Assembly: GCA_031366005.1 (NCBI GenBank)
Contig: JANLZB010000068.1
Coordinates: forward strand, 20,311 to 84,310
Direction of reading: 5' to 3'
DNA length: 64,000 nucleotides
From: Bacteroidota bacterium
Lineage (GTDB): Bacteria; Bacteroidota; Bacteroidia; AKYH767-A; OLB10
Under the pieces are notes generated by a model, which made no database searches, was not told the DNA's origin, and was given only the letters and a program-made list of their open reading frames with translations. Positions 40,305 through 50,809 of this stretch are shown piece after piece. The translations under genes and the position numbers were made by a program. Within the stretch, counting starts at the first letter, position 1, and every line of letters begins with the position of its first letter.

Positions 40305-40958
40305 TTATACAATATTTTTTTTAATCGCCTTTGCTACAGCTTCTGATTTAGAATGCACCTGCAATTTGTTGTAAATATTTTTGATATGACCATTCACTGT
40401 ATCAATGCTGATAAAACAAGTATCGGCAACCATTTTGTAACTCATGCCATCCACAAGGTGTTTTAAAACTTCCTGTTCGCGATTGGTTAAATCATATTCT
40501 TCTCTGACAGCTGTTGTTGAATTGCCTTTAAACATTTTTAAAACCTTGGACGCAATGCTGGGTGTTATGGGTGCACCTCCTTCGTAAATATCACGAATAG
40601 AAGTAATGATTTGTGCAGGTGGTGTGTTCTTTAAGATATAACCTTCTGCACCATTACAGATAGAATCAAAAATTTTATCGTTGTCTTCAAAAATAGTTTG
40701 CATCAGCACTTTTACTTCAGGGAATTTTCCTTTCAGCAACTTCACTGCTTCAATTCCATTCATTCCGGGCATTTCAATATCCATCAATATTACATCCGGA
40801 TTTGTAGCATCAATCTGCATAAGCAATTGGTTGCAATTTGCAAATGCACCACAACAGGTAAAACCATTGCTTCCATTTATCAATTGCTGTAATCCCTGGC
40901 GCAGGTTTCTGTTATCTTCAAAAATCACAACGCGAATATCTCCTGACATGTTATTCAT
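40305..40958 (-). CDS. NarL/LuxR family response regulator
   Basis: REC domain (FEDN, MDIEMP, GYILK) plus LuxR HTH (LTNREQEVL..HIKNIYNKLQV). Confidence 0.93.
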   Translation of the reverse strand: MNNMSGDIRVVIFEDNRNLRQGLQQLINGSNGFTCCGAFANCNQLLMQIDATNPDVILMDIEMPGMNGIEAVKLLKGKFPEVKVLMQTIFEDNDKIFDSICNGAEGYILKNTPPAQIITSIRDIYEGGAPITPSIASKVLKMFKGNSTTAVREEYDLTNREQEVLKHLVDGMSYKMVADTCFISIDTVNGHIKNIYNKLQVHSKSEAVAKAIKKNIV

Positions 40959-41011
40959 TTAAATGGTGGCCCTTTTATCCCTGTGTAAAAATCTATTTGT
41001 TTTCATCAATT

Positions 41012-41037
41012 ATCAATAACATAAATAAGGGGGTTTT
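41012..41037 (-). promoter_or_regulatory. Conserved promoter motif, copy upstream of the response regulator
   Basis: AAAACCCCCTTATTTATGTTATTGAT on the minus strand. Confidence 0.6.
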
Positions 41038-41062
41038 GTTTTAGAAAAATTAACGATTACTA

Positions 41063-44000
41063 TCATGATGTTTTAAATTTTAACTCAATTTTAGTTCCTT
41101 CATTTAAGCTTGAAGTGATTTCTATTGTTGCATTCATTTCTTTCGCTCTTTGCTTCATGCTTATCAGTCCGTTTCCATTATATTCATTATTTACATCAAA
41201 CCCTTTTCCGTTGTCTTTAATACTAAGAGCAACATTCGTATGATTTTTTTCAAGGTAGATCTCTGCTTTGGTTGCCGCTGAATATTTCACAAGGTTATTC
41301 AATGCTTCTTTAAAGATGAGATAAAAATTTCTTCGATCTTCAATCGAAAGCTTTTGATCGTTTAAGGATTCATCCACTTTAAAAATATGCTGAATATTTT
41401 TTGCATGAAGCAGATTGTAAGATAATGAACGCATCCGTAAAATTATTTTTTCAAAGCTGTCGTTATCTGAATTGATCGCCCATACAATATCACTCATGGA
41501 GTCAATTACCTTTCGGGAACTTTCACCGATCATTTCCAAAGCGTTTAGCTGTTGAACAGTTTGTTGCTTTGCAATTTCACTGTAAATAGAAATGCTGTTC
41601 AACGTACTTCCTATGTCATCGTGCAGGTCATGTGCTATTTTATTACGGATACTTTGCACTCGCAGTATTTGATTTAAACGATAACGATACACTCCATATA
41701 CTGATGCGGCAACTGCTGCTGCTGCTAAAATGCGAAACCACCATGTTTTCCACCAAGGAGCACGAATGGTAAATGTGTAATGAATTTCATTGCTCCAATA
41801 ACCTTCGCTGTTCATGGCTTTTACTTTAAAAGTGTAAGTGCCATTTGGAATGTTGCCGTAAGGTGCTTCATTACGATCAGTTATTGCGTTCCAGTTATCT
41901 TCTAATCCATCTAACTTATATTGATACCTGATTTTATAAGGACTTCTTGTTGCAATGCCAATGTATTTAAATGTAAGATAGTTGTTATTGTAAGCTAGGC
42001 TTAAATTTTGGGGAACACTATACCATTTTGATAAACCGTTAAATTTAAAATCACTTACGTTGACTCCATTGCCAAGTGTGAAGGATGTATCATTATTTAA
42101 TGCGAGATCAATCCAGTTAACATTTTCATTAAACAATGCGATGCTGCTGAGTTGAATATTAGGTGAAATCGTATCCGGAACTTCTCCTTCCGGATGATAG
42201 CAGATTAAGCGATCACCGGTACCAATCCAAATCTGATTTCTGCTATCCTGAAATATAGAACCGGTGTATGCATTTACTCCAAGAAAGCCATCGCCAAACA
42301 TGTAATTCTTAAATAATATCTGATTGCTTTTTGATGTTGAAGATTTTTGATTTTCCAATGATCGGTTTAACATTCTGTTAAGTCCGTTGCGCGTGCTGAT
42401 CCATATACTTCCTTTTTTATCTTCAATAACTCCCATAATAATTTCATTGCTTAATCCTTGAGGAGTGGAATAGTGTGTAAAATTTTTGCCGTCATATTGT
42501 TTACTCCACCGCCAATGGTTCCAATCCAGATAGCACCATTTCTATCCTGGAAAATATTCATCGCCTGGTTACTACTCATTCCAGCTGATGTAGTAAACTG
42601 AATAAAATTTTTTCCATCATACTCAACAAGTCCGCCACCGTAAGTTGCAAACCAAATATTTTTATCACGATCCTGAAGAATGCAAATCACCATGGCATTA
42701 CCCAATCCCTGCAAAGAACTGTAATGTGTAAAAATTTTTCCGTCAAACTTAAAAGCACCATCACCGAAAGTTCCGAACCATAAATTGTTTTGATCATCTT
42801 CAATGATGCTCCATACTTCATTATCAGTAAATCCTTGTGTTAATGCATAATTGGTAAAATATTTTCCATCAAACATACTAACACCTTTACCTGTTCCAAA
42901 CCAAAAATTTCCTTTGTGATCAATTAATTCATCAAAAACATTTTCATTAGCCAATCCCTGCGCAGTTGAATAATTGGTAAATGTATTTCCATCATATTTA
43001 CTCACTCCACCACCCCATGTTGCAAACCATAAATTGTGTTCTTTGTCTTCTAAAGTTTTTTTTACTTCGTTATAACATAAACCCTGTTCAGTTGTCATCA
43101 GTGTAAATGAGCGTCCATCGTACCTGGACATTCCGCCACCATTGGATCCAACCCAAATGATTCCTGCCTTGTCTTCAAGCATACTGGTTACTTTATTATT
43201 ACTCAATCCGCGCTCTGCTGTAAAATGTGTAAATGATTTACCATCATACTTTACCACACCACCTCCGAAAGTGCCAAACCAGATATTGCTATTTCTATCT
43301 TGTATGATGCTGTAAACAATATTACTTGTTAATCCCTGTTGCGCATTATAATTTATAAAGCTACTACCATCATATTTACTTACTCCATTACGTGTTCCAA
43401 ACCATAATTTTTTTTCTTTATCAAATAAAATGCTTGTAACACTGTCGTTAATCAATCCTTGACTGGTGGAATAATTAAAAAATGACTTACCATTGAATTT
43501 ACATACACCGCTACCGAAAGTTCCAAACCATAAATTTCCCTTATCATCTTCAGCAATAGAACCAATCATGTTACTGCTCAATCCCTGGTCAGTTGTAAAG
43601 TGAGTAAAATGTTTTCCATCAAATTTGCTAACACCATTATTGGTACCAAACCACAAATTACCTTTTTTATCTTCCAGCATACACCATACAACTGTTTTAT
43701 TTAAACCATAGGCTGCATCATAATGTGTAAAGGTTATTCCATCATATTTATTAATGCCTGTTCCATAAGTTCCCAGCCAGATATTTCCTTTTTTATCTTC
43801 TAACATGCACCATACACCATCATTGCTTAATCCTTGTGCAGTGGTATAGTTGGTAAAAAATTTTCCGTCATATTTGCTTATGCCTCCGCTATATGTACCC
43901 AACCAGATATTGCCGAGATGATCCTGCATCATGCACCGCACCAATGGTTGTTTTAATCCCTGCAAAATTTTAAATGAGCTGAAATTATCAGGATTAACAT

Positions 44001-44385
44001 CTTTAATGGTTGCAATTTTTGCACTGATAACTTCCGGGATTCCGGCTACATGTTTTTCAGTTATAGCAATTGTTATAACCGGTGGAATGAGTTTCTTACC
44101 TGATTTATTTTCAACGATATCATTTACTATCACGATAGAAGGAGTAGCGGCAACAATCACATTTGATTTAACAAGTTTAATTTCCGGTTTTCCTGCAGGA
44201 ACGATTTTTACATTTCTTACAACTTCGACCAATGGGGCTGCACGCTTTTCAGGAAACACTACATGACCAATAGCCTTAACAACTTTTGGAGTGGCAGGAT
44301 CATATTCACTCTGCTGCTGATTCCTTTTACATGAAGTTATTAAAAAACTCATCAAAATAATAATGAAGAATATTGTTTTTCTCAT
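41063..44385 (-). pseudogene. Two-component-regulator propeller sensor histidine kinase (propeller repeats, Y_Y_Y, TM, HisKA_3, HATPase), split by a 1-nt deletion at ~42497
   Basis: Repeats of EDKKGNIWFGT..GVSKYDG; IAHDLHDDIG; DNGKGF; adding one base restores GGVNKYDGKNFTHYSTPQGLSNE across the two ORFs. May be a sequencing error. Confidence 0.85.
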
Positions 44386-44540
44386 ATTGAGAATGGAGGA
44401 TAAAACATTAATGGGCTTGCGGTATGAAGGTGTTTATCAGGAAATGAAAGTACACAATAAATGCAACGGCTTTTAAAACATTAACTAATGACTGATGGTT
44501 CCCACATATTTACGTAGGTAAAATAATATTTGATTTTTTC

Positions 44541-44564
44541 AATCCACCTGTTTAAGCTATTGAC
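44541..44564 (+). promoter_or_regulatory. Conserved promoter motif, copy upstream of the 44662 gene
   Basis: AATCCACCTGTTTAAGCTATTGAC. Confidence 0.7.
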
Positions 44565-44661
44565 CACACTTAATCCAAATAGCATTTTTGCCCACGTTAA
44601 TTAACAATCAAAAAAATATAATCAAAAATCAAATTTTAAATCAAAATCAAAAATCAAAAAA

Positions 44662-46272
44662 ATGAAAACTAAAATGACATTTAAAATAATAGTGCTTGGA
44701 GCATTATTATTAACGGGCAATCAATTTGCAAGTGCCCAATCTTTCGACATTAATGGTAATACGAATCTTACAAATACCAGCCACATTGGTGGTAATGCAG
44801 GCATTAACTTTCCATTGCGACTATGGACTTATGGCGCTGAGAGAGTTCATATTAATGCTAACACCGCAGGCAAAGTTGGATATGTAGGAATAGGAACAAC
44901 AGCTCCATCAACAAGGTTGCATGTTAATGGAGTTATTACTGCTACTGGGGGAACTTCGGCAAACTGGAATACGGCTTATAGCTGGGGAAACCATGCGACA
45001 CAGGGTTATTTACTATCTGAAAGTGATCCAAAAGTAGGCACTAACACTACAAGTCAAGTTCCACGATGGAACGGAAGTGCACTGGTAAGTGGAGTAATTA
45101 CTGATGACGCAAGTAGAATTGGTGTCAACACTAATTTTTTGCAATCGAGTTTAAATGTTGCTATTGGTACCGGCACCACAGGTTGTGCGGAGTTCAGAGG
45201 TACAACACATACATCTCACTTTGCTTTGGGCGGTCTCTATAATGAAAATACATTTATTAGAGGTGGACGTGATAGCTCCAATGTTATTATCGCAGATGTT
45301 GGAGTTCAAAAAGTTGGAATTGGAACTACAAGTCCCGCTTATAAACTTGATGTGATTGGCAATGCAAGGTTTACGAAAGGAGTGACAGGAAATCAATCAG
45401 TTCCATTTATTGCTGCTGTTTATGGAAATAGTTCAGCTACTGATCACGATTACGGAGTGTATGGAGTAGATAATACATCAACTGGAATTGCAATATATGG
45501 GTACGCTCCCGGTGGTGGACTTGCCGGTTATTTTGGTGGAAATGTTTCTTATTCCGGTACTCTTACTGGTCCATCAGACATTAAATTAAAAAAGAATATT
45601 TCTGATTTGAATGGATCATTGAATAAGCTGATGCAATTAAAAATGAAATCTTATAATTTCAGGAATGATGAATACGAGTCACTTAATCTGGCCAGCGGCC
45701 TTCACTATGGAGTCATATCTCAGGACTTGCAAAAAGTGTTTCCTGAATTAGTAAAACAGGAAAGCAATCATCCAATAATAAATCCTTTAACCGGAAAAGT
45801 TGGTGAAACAGTTGAATACCTTGGAGTGAATTACATGGAATTGATACCTATTACCATTGCTGCTCTACAAGAATTGAATATCAAAAATGATGAATTAAAC
45901 ACAGCCAATGCTGAATTGAAATCGCAAATAAACCTTATGAATGAATGCGTTCAATCACTCTGTGCAAAACAGGACCGGTCATATTTAAAATCAGCAGCAA
46001 CTGAAGAGAACCAGGTGCTGTTATTCCAAAATCAACCTAATCCCTTTAATCAATCAACAGTAATTCGTTATAAGTTATCAGGTGATTTTAATGGCGGGAA
46101 AATCATTATCCGTGATCTGAATGGCAGTTTAGTTAAACAATTATCAATTACACAACCAGGCAAAGGACAAGTAATCATCAATGCAAATGAACTTTCAGCA
46201 GGTACATATACTTATACCCTTGAAATTGCAGGAGAAAGTGTTGATACAAAATTGATGGTAGTTAGTAAATGA
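44662..46272 (+). CDS. Secreted tail-fibre-like protein with peptidase S74 intramolecular chaperone domain and T9SS CTD
   Basis: Signal peptide; VGIGTTAP/VGIGTTSP repeats; SDIKLKKNI..YGVISQDLQKVFPELV..VNYMELIP; coiled coil; QNQPNPF CTD. Confidence 0.8.
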   Translation: MKTKMTFKIIVLGALLLTGNQFASAQSFDINGNTNLTNTSHIGGNAGINFPLRLWTYGAERVHINANTAGKVGYVGIGTTAPSTRLHVNGVITATGGTSANWNTAYSWGNHATQGYLLSESDPKVGTNTTSQVPRWNGSALVSGVITDDASRIGVNTNFLQSSLNVAIGTGTTGCAEFRGTTHTSHFALGGLYNENTFIRGGRDSSNVIIADVGVQKVGIGTTSPAYKLDVIGNARFTKGVTGNQSVPFIAAVYGNSSATDHDYGVYGVDNTSTGIAIYGYAPGGGLAGYFGGNVSYSGTLTGPSDIKLKKNISDLNGSLNKLMQLKMKSYNFRNDEYESLNLASGLHYGVISQDLQKVFPELVKQESNHPIINPLTGKVGETVEYLGVNYMELIPITIAALQELNIKNDELNTANAELKSQINLMNECVQSLCAKQDRSYLKSAATEENQVLLFQNQPNPFNQSTVIRYKLSGDFNGGKIIIRDLNGSLVKQLSITQPGKGQVIINANELSAGTYTYTLEIAGESVDTKLMVVSK

Positions 46273-46290
46273 AAATTTATTTTAAATTTT

Positions 46291-46326
46291 ATCAAACAGG
46301 TGGGTTTATGCTCACCTGTTGATTTT
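46291..46326 (+). terminator. Intrinsic terminator
   Basis: AACAGGTGGG/CTCACCTGTT hairpin after the stop codon. Confidence 0.6.
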
Positions 46327-46367
46327 GCAACTTAAACCAGTTACATAGGTTCACTTTAAATACTGAT

Positions 46368-46390
46368 AATCCAGCTGTTTAAGCTATTGA
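46368..46390 (+). promoter_or_regulatory. Conserved promoter motif, copy upstream of the haloperoxidase gene
   Basis: AATCCAGCTGTTTAAGCTATTGA, plus a downstream CGTTAATTAACAATCAAA shared with the 44541 copy. Confidence 0.7.
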
Positions 46391-46469
46391 TATGCACATG
46401 CTTTAAAAAAATCTTTATGCTCGTTAATTAACAATCAAATCTCAATTTAAAAAACAAAAAAAAACAAAA

Positions 46470-47822
46470 ATGAAAAAACAAGTAATCATAATGATTATGT
46501 TCACAGTAACACTCATTGCCATCCACACGGGATGTAAAAAAGAAGACAATACTGTAAATGATAGTAATACAACAGCAGATAATTCTGCGGAAAGGCATGG
46601 ACAGTTGACACACAGATATAGCGCTGATGTTGCCAATGCCTGGATGAAAATGCAGTTACAAATAATGAAAACAGCAACAGGAATTCCCAATGTTGCATTT
46701 TCCAGGCCGTTTGCTTATAGTGCAATCACATTGTATGAATCAGTTCTTCCAGGCATGCCATCATACATAACACTTTCAGGACAGTTGAATGCAATGCCAT
46801 CCATGCCTGGTACCATTTGCAATCTGGAGTATCGCTGGGATTGCAGTGCTAATGCAGCAATGGCATCCATTCTGAAAAAAATGTATCCCACAACAAGTGC
46901 TGCCAATGTTTTCTCTATTGACTCATTGGAAACTGTACTTAATACACAATGCAGCACTGGACAAGATCCTGTTGCTGTTACACGTTCTGTTACATTTGGA
47001 AGAGATGTTGCTCAGCTGGTATATAATTGGGCATTGACGGACGGATCACAAAACATAAATCCTGTTTACATTGCTCCAACTGGTTCCGGCTTATGGGAAT
47101 CTACTCCTCCTGCGTTTGCTTCTGCAAGCGTTCCTTATTGGGGTGCAAACAGGTTGATGGTATCTGGAAGTGGAAGTGGTGCTTTACCTCCTCCTCCTAC
47201 TCCCTATTCAACCACTCCTGGTTCCCCATTTTATAATATGGTGAAACAGGTTTATGATGCTTCGCAGACTTTAACAATTGCTCAAACTAACCAGGCGCTT
47301 TATTGGAAAGACGTACCAGGGGTTACCACACCTGGTCATTATATCAGCATTGCAGAACAAGCTGTTGAACAACGTAATTCAGCATTGGATAAAGCAGCAG
47401 TTGTGTATGCCCTTGCAGGTATTGTTGATTATGATGCATGCATAATTTGCTGGCAGCATAAATATCTGTACAACCTGGTTCGTCCAATAACTTATATCCG
47501 AAACGTAATGGGTTATACTACCTGGAATTCTCTACTCACTACTCCTGCACATCCAGAATACTCATCAGGTCATGCGTTTTTATCAGCAGCAAATGCAAGA
47601 GCACTTGAAAGCGCTTATGGAAATCATTTTGCTTTTACTGATCATACTTATGACTACCTGGGAATGCCATCACGAAGTTTCACATCATTTAAAGCATGTG
47701 GTGAAGATGCAGGTAATTCAAGATTGTATGCAGGTATTCACTACCAGCCAACCATTGATCTTGGCTTGGTAAATGGAAGAACAGTGGCGCAGAATATTAT
47801 AAATACTATTCACTTTAAATAA
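46470..47822 (+). CDS. Vanadium-dependent haloperoxidase / PAP2 superfamily lipoprotein
   Basis: Lipobox (TGC); KYLYNLVRP, HPEYSSGH and SRLYAGIH motifs. Confidence 0.85.
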   Translation: MKKQVIIMIMFTVTLIAIHTGCKKEDNTVNDSNTTADNSAERHGQLTHRYSADVANAWMKMQLQIMKTATGIPNVAFSRPFAYSAITLYESVLPGMPSYITLSGQLNAMPSMPGTICNLEYRWDCSANAAMASILKKMYPTTSAANVFSIDSLETVLNTQCSTGQDPVAVTRSVTFGRDVAQLVYNWALTDGSQNINPVYIAPTGSGLWESTPPAFASASVPYWGANRLMVSGSGSGALPPPPTPYSTTPGSPFYNMVKQVYDASQTLTIAQTNQALYWKDVPGVTTPGHYISIAEQAVEQRNSALDKAAVVYALAGIVDYDACIICWQHKYLYNLVRPITYIRNVMGYTTWNSLLTTPAHPEYSSGHAFLSAANARALESAYGNHFAFTDHTYDYLGMPSRSFTSFKACGEDAGNSRLYAGIHYQPTIDLGLVNGRTVAQNIINTIHFK

Positions 47823-47849
47823 TAAAATTACCATAACCATTTTTTCACT

Positions 47850-47883
47850 TTGCCAGAGTCTAAAAGCTCTGGCAATTTTTTTT
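47850..47883 (+). terminator. Intrinsic terminator
   Basis: TTGCCAGAG/CTCTGGCAA stem followed by T7. Confidence 0.85.
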
Positions 47884-47944
47884 GAATAATTTCTTCTTAA
47901 TGATTATAACCTGTTCAGGTGGTTAAATCAAAAATTATTTCAAT

Positions 47945-47970
47945 AAAACCAACCTGTTTATGTTATTGAC
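47945..47970 (+). promoter_or_regulatory. Conserved promoter motif, copy upstream of the 48035 gene
   Basis: AAAACCAACCTGTTTATGTTATTGAC. Confidence 0.7.
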
Positions 47971-48034
47971 GCGCCTGAATATTCGTTGAACCTTTGTCCA
48001 CGAAAATTATTCTCAATTTAAAATCTCAAACCAA

Positions 48035-50620
48035 ATGAAAACACACTTATTTAAATCGCTGCTCATCTGTTTCATTAGTATAATTTTTTTTATCCATGCC
48101 AATGCACAGATTGTTTACACTGATGTAAATCCGGATTTAACAACAAGTTCTTACAATTTAGATTTAAATCATGACGGAACCACAGATTTTGTAATTGCCC
48201 AAACTACATCGGTTGTAACCGGAAGTATTCACTGCTCAGGAACAAGAATTAACCGGTATCTGCAAATTATTGCATCAGCCGGTAATCAGGTGCTCAACCA
48301 AACAATGAACCTGAACACTGTAATTGATCAGGGATCAGGTACATGGTATAGTTCAAAATCACTTACATCTTCAACTAATAGTTGTCATTGTAATTCTTGT
48401 TTTGGATGCCCACTTTGTATCTGGAATTGGCTGCTGGTAAACAGTACTGTTGTCACAAGCAAATACTTCGGGTTAAAACTTGTTGTAGGATCACAAACCT
48501 ATTACGGATGGCTTCATGCAAATGCAACCTCATCACCGATGAACTGCACCATCATGGATTATGGATATAACAGTGTGCCTGACGAACGTATTCTTAGCGG
48601 ACAAACTACTGCAGACGATTATATTTTTGTTTCACCGATGACAAACGTTCTTTGCTCAGGAAGTAATGTGAGTATACCTTATACTATTGTCGGAAACTTT
48701 AATGCCTCCAATGTTATTACTGCTCAACTGTCAGATGCAGCAGGTGATTTTACAAGCGCTGTTAATGTGGGCAGCACCATCAGTAATGTATCCGGAACTA
48801 TCAATGCAACAATACCTGTTTCAACTTTGGCAGGAACAACTTATCGTATCCGCGTTACAACATCTAATCCTGTAAGATTATCTTCAAACATTACCACTAC
48901 ATCCAACAACGGAATAAATCTAATTGTAAACACTTCTGTACCTGCGTCTGTTATTACAACAAGTGGCTCTACTAATATTTGCAATGGAAATGTAGCACTT
49001 AGTACTGCCACCGCAAGCGGCAATTCATATCAATGGAAACTTAACGGGAATATTATCCCTAATGCAATATATTATTATTATTCTGCAAATGCAGCAGGAG
49101 ATTACAGTTGCTTAAAAACAAACGGATGTGGAAGTGCTCCCTCCAATATCATAACTTTAGTTGCAACTCCGGTTGCTGCAGTGATAACTGCAAGCGGATC
49201 AACAAACCTTTGCAACGGAAATGTAGCATTGACCACAATTTCTACGAGCGGTACAACATATCAATGGCAATTGAATAACAACAATATTTTGAATGCAATT
49301 TCAAATAATTATACAGCCACTACTGCAGGTGATTATACCTGTATAAAAACAAATGGGTGTGGAAATGTAACCTCCAATATTATCACAATCACATCATCTG
49401 CAGTTGCAGCTGTGATTACAGCATCCGGTGCAACCACAACTTGCGGAACGAATGTATTTCTTTCTACAACAACCGGAACAGGCAATTCCTATCAGTGGCA
49501 ACTGAACGGAGTAAATATTTCGGGTGCAACAAATTATTATTACAATGCACCATTAACGGGGAGTTATTCTTGTATTAAAACCAATGGATGTGGAAGTATT
49601 ACATCCAATGTAATTTCAGTAATTGTCAATCCTCTTCCCGGTACGGTAACCGTTTCTCCATCCGGTGCAATTAATTTTTGCCAGGGTGACAGTGTAGTTT
49701 TGACTTCCAGCAATCCTGGTGGAATTACTTATACATGGAAAGTTGACGGCATCTTAATTAACGGAGCTACCTCTCCGGTTTACACCACTCATGCGGGAGG
49801 AAACTATACCGCAATTATAACCAACAGCTTTGGATGCAGCAGAACCTCCAACACCGTGTCATTAACAATGAGTACAGGAATTCCTGCTGGTGTAATTACT
49901 TTAAGTGGAGTTGCAACGTTTTGCATAAATTCTTCGGCAGGAATACTTTTAGCAGCTTACCACACAGGTGAAACGTATCAATGGAAAAAGAACGGAGTAA
50001 ACATATCGGGAGAAACTTATTCAGATTTTTATCCTAATGCTACCGGAAATTATTCATGCTTCATAATAAATGCATGTGGCAGTATTCTCTCAAATGTGAT
50101 CCACATTACTATTCTGTCAGCTCCATCTGCAACAATTACAGCGCAAGGCAGCACTACTTTTTGCACAGGTGACAGTGTGCTGCTCAAGGCAAATTCAAAC
50201 ACTGCATACACTTATCATTGGGTTCGTAACAGTGTTAACATTTCGGGAGCTACATCTGTAAGTTATTATGCAAAAACAGCCGGATCTTATAAATGTAAAG
50301 TTATCAATACATGTGGGAGTAAAACTTCTGCTGCAATCAATACAACTGTTCCTTGCAGAACAACAAATGATATTGTTGATGCCTTAGAACAACTTTCAAT
50401 TTATCCTAATCCCACAACCAATTCTGTGATCATAAAATTTCCTTTGGATAAAGCGGGAGAACTTTCAATAGTTAATTTTTCCGGACAAATAATTTATACA
50501 GAAAAGGTAATCACATCACAAACTGAAATTGATGTAAGCAAATTTTCAGAGGGAATTTATGTGGTTAAATGGAACAGTGGTGAGAATAATAAAACAAAAA
50601 CATTCTCAATAATAAGGTAA
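48035..50620 (+). CDS. T9SS type-A secreted protein with Ig-like repeats
   Basis: Signal peptide; QIVYTDVNPD N-terminal domain; repeated YQWxLNG..GDYSC..TNGCG; IYPNPT CTD. Confidence 0.85.
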   Translation: MKTHLFKSLLICFISIIFFIHANAQIVYTDVNPDLTTSSYNLDLNHDGTTDFVIAQTTSVVTGSIHCSGTRINRYLQIIASAGNQVLNQTMNLNTVIDQGSGTWYSSKSLTSSTNSCHCNSCFGCPLCIWNWLLVNSTVVTSKYFGLKLVVGSQTYYGWLHANATSSPMNCTIMDYGYNSVPDERILSGQTTADDYIFVSPMTNVLCSGSNVSIPYTIVGNFNASNVITAQLSDAAGDFTSAVNVGSTISNVSGTINATIPVSTLAGTTYRIRVTTSNPVRLSSNITTTSNNGINLIVNTSVPASVITTSGSTNICNGNVALSTATASGNSYQWKLNGNIIPNAIYYYYSANAAGDYSCLKTNGCGSAPSNIITLVATPVAAVITASGSTNLCNGNVALTTISTSGTTYQWQLNNNNILNAISNNYTATTAGDYTCIKTNGCGNVTSNIITITSSAVAAVITASGATTTCGTNVFLSTTTGTGNSYQWQLNGVNISGATNYYYNAPLTGSYSCIKTNGCGSITSNVISVIVNPLPGTVTVSPSGAINFCQGDSVVLTSSNPGGITYTWKVDGILINGATSPVYTTHAGGNYTAIITNSFGCSRTSNTVSLTMSTGIPAGVITLSGVATFCINSSAGILLAAYHTGETYQWKKNGVNISGETYSDFYPNATGNYSCFIINACGSILSNVIHITILSAPSATITAQGSTTFCTGDSVLLKANSNTAYTYHWVRNSVNISGATSVSYYAKTAGSYKCKVINTCGSKTSAAINTTVPCRTTNDIVDALEQLSIYPNPTTNSVIIKFPLDKAGELSIVNFSGQIIYTEKVITSQTEIDVSKFSEGIYVVKWNSGENNKTKTFSIIR

Positions 50621-50809
50621 CATCATTGAGATCAACGCTGAAAACTCGACATTTCTGTTCAGCGTTGATTATTGATTGATCTGACGCTTCAGTTCCTATT
50701 TGTCAATAATAAATATTAAAAAATTTCTATGAATTTTATTAACCTATATTTGATACAAGAAATTTTTTCAATATCACCACCTTTTTTATAATCACTTAAA
50801 TAACATAAC

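Noticed and set aside
44662-46272. Prophage
   Set aside because: The tail-like gene has a signal peptide and a T9SS CTD; no integrase, capsid or terminase genes are nearby.
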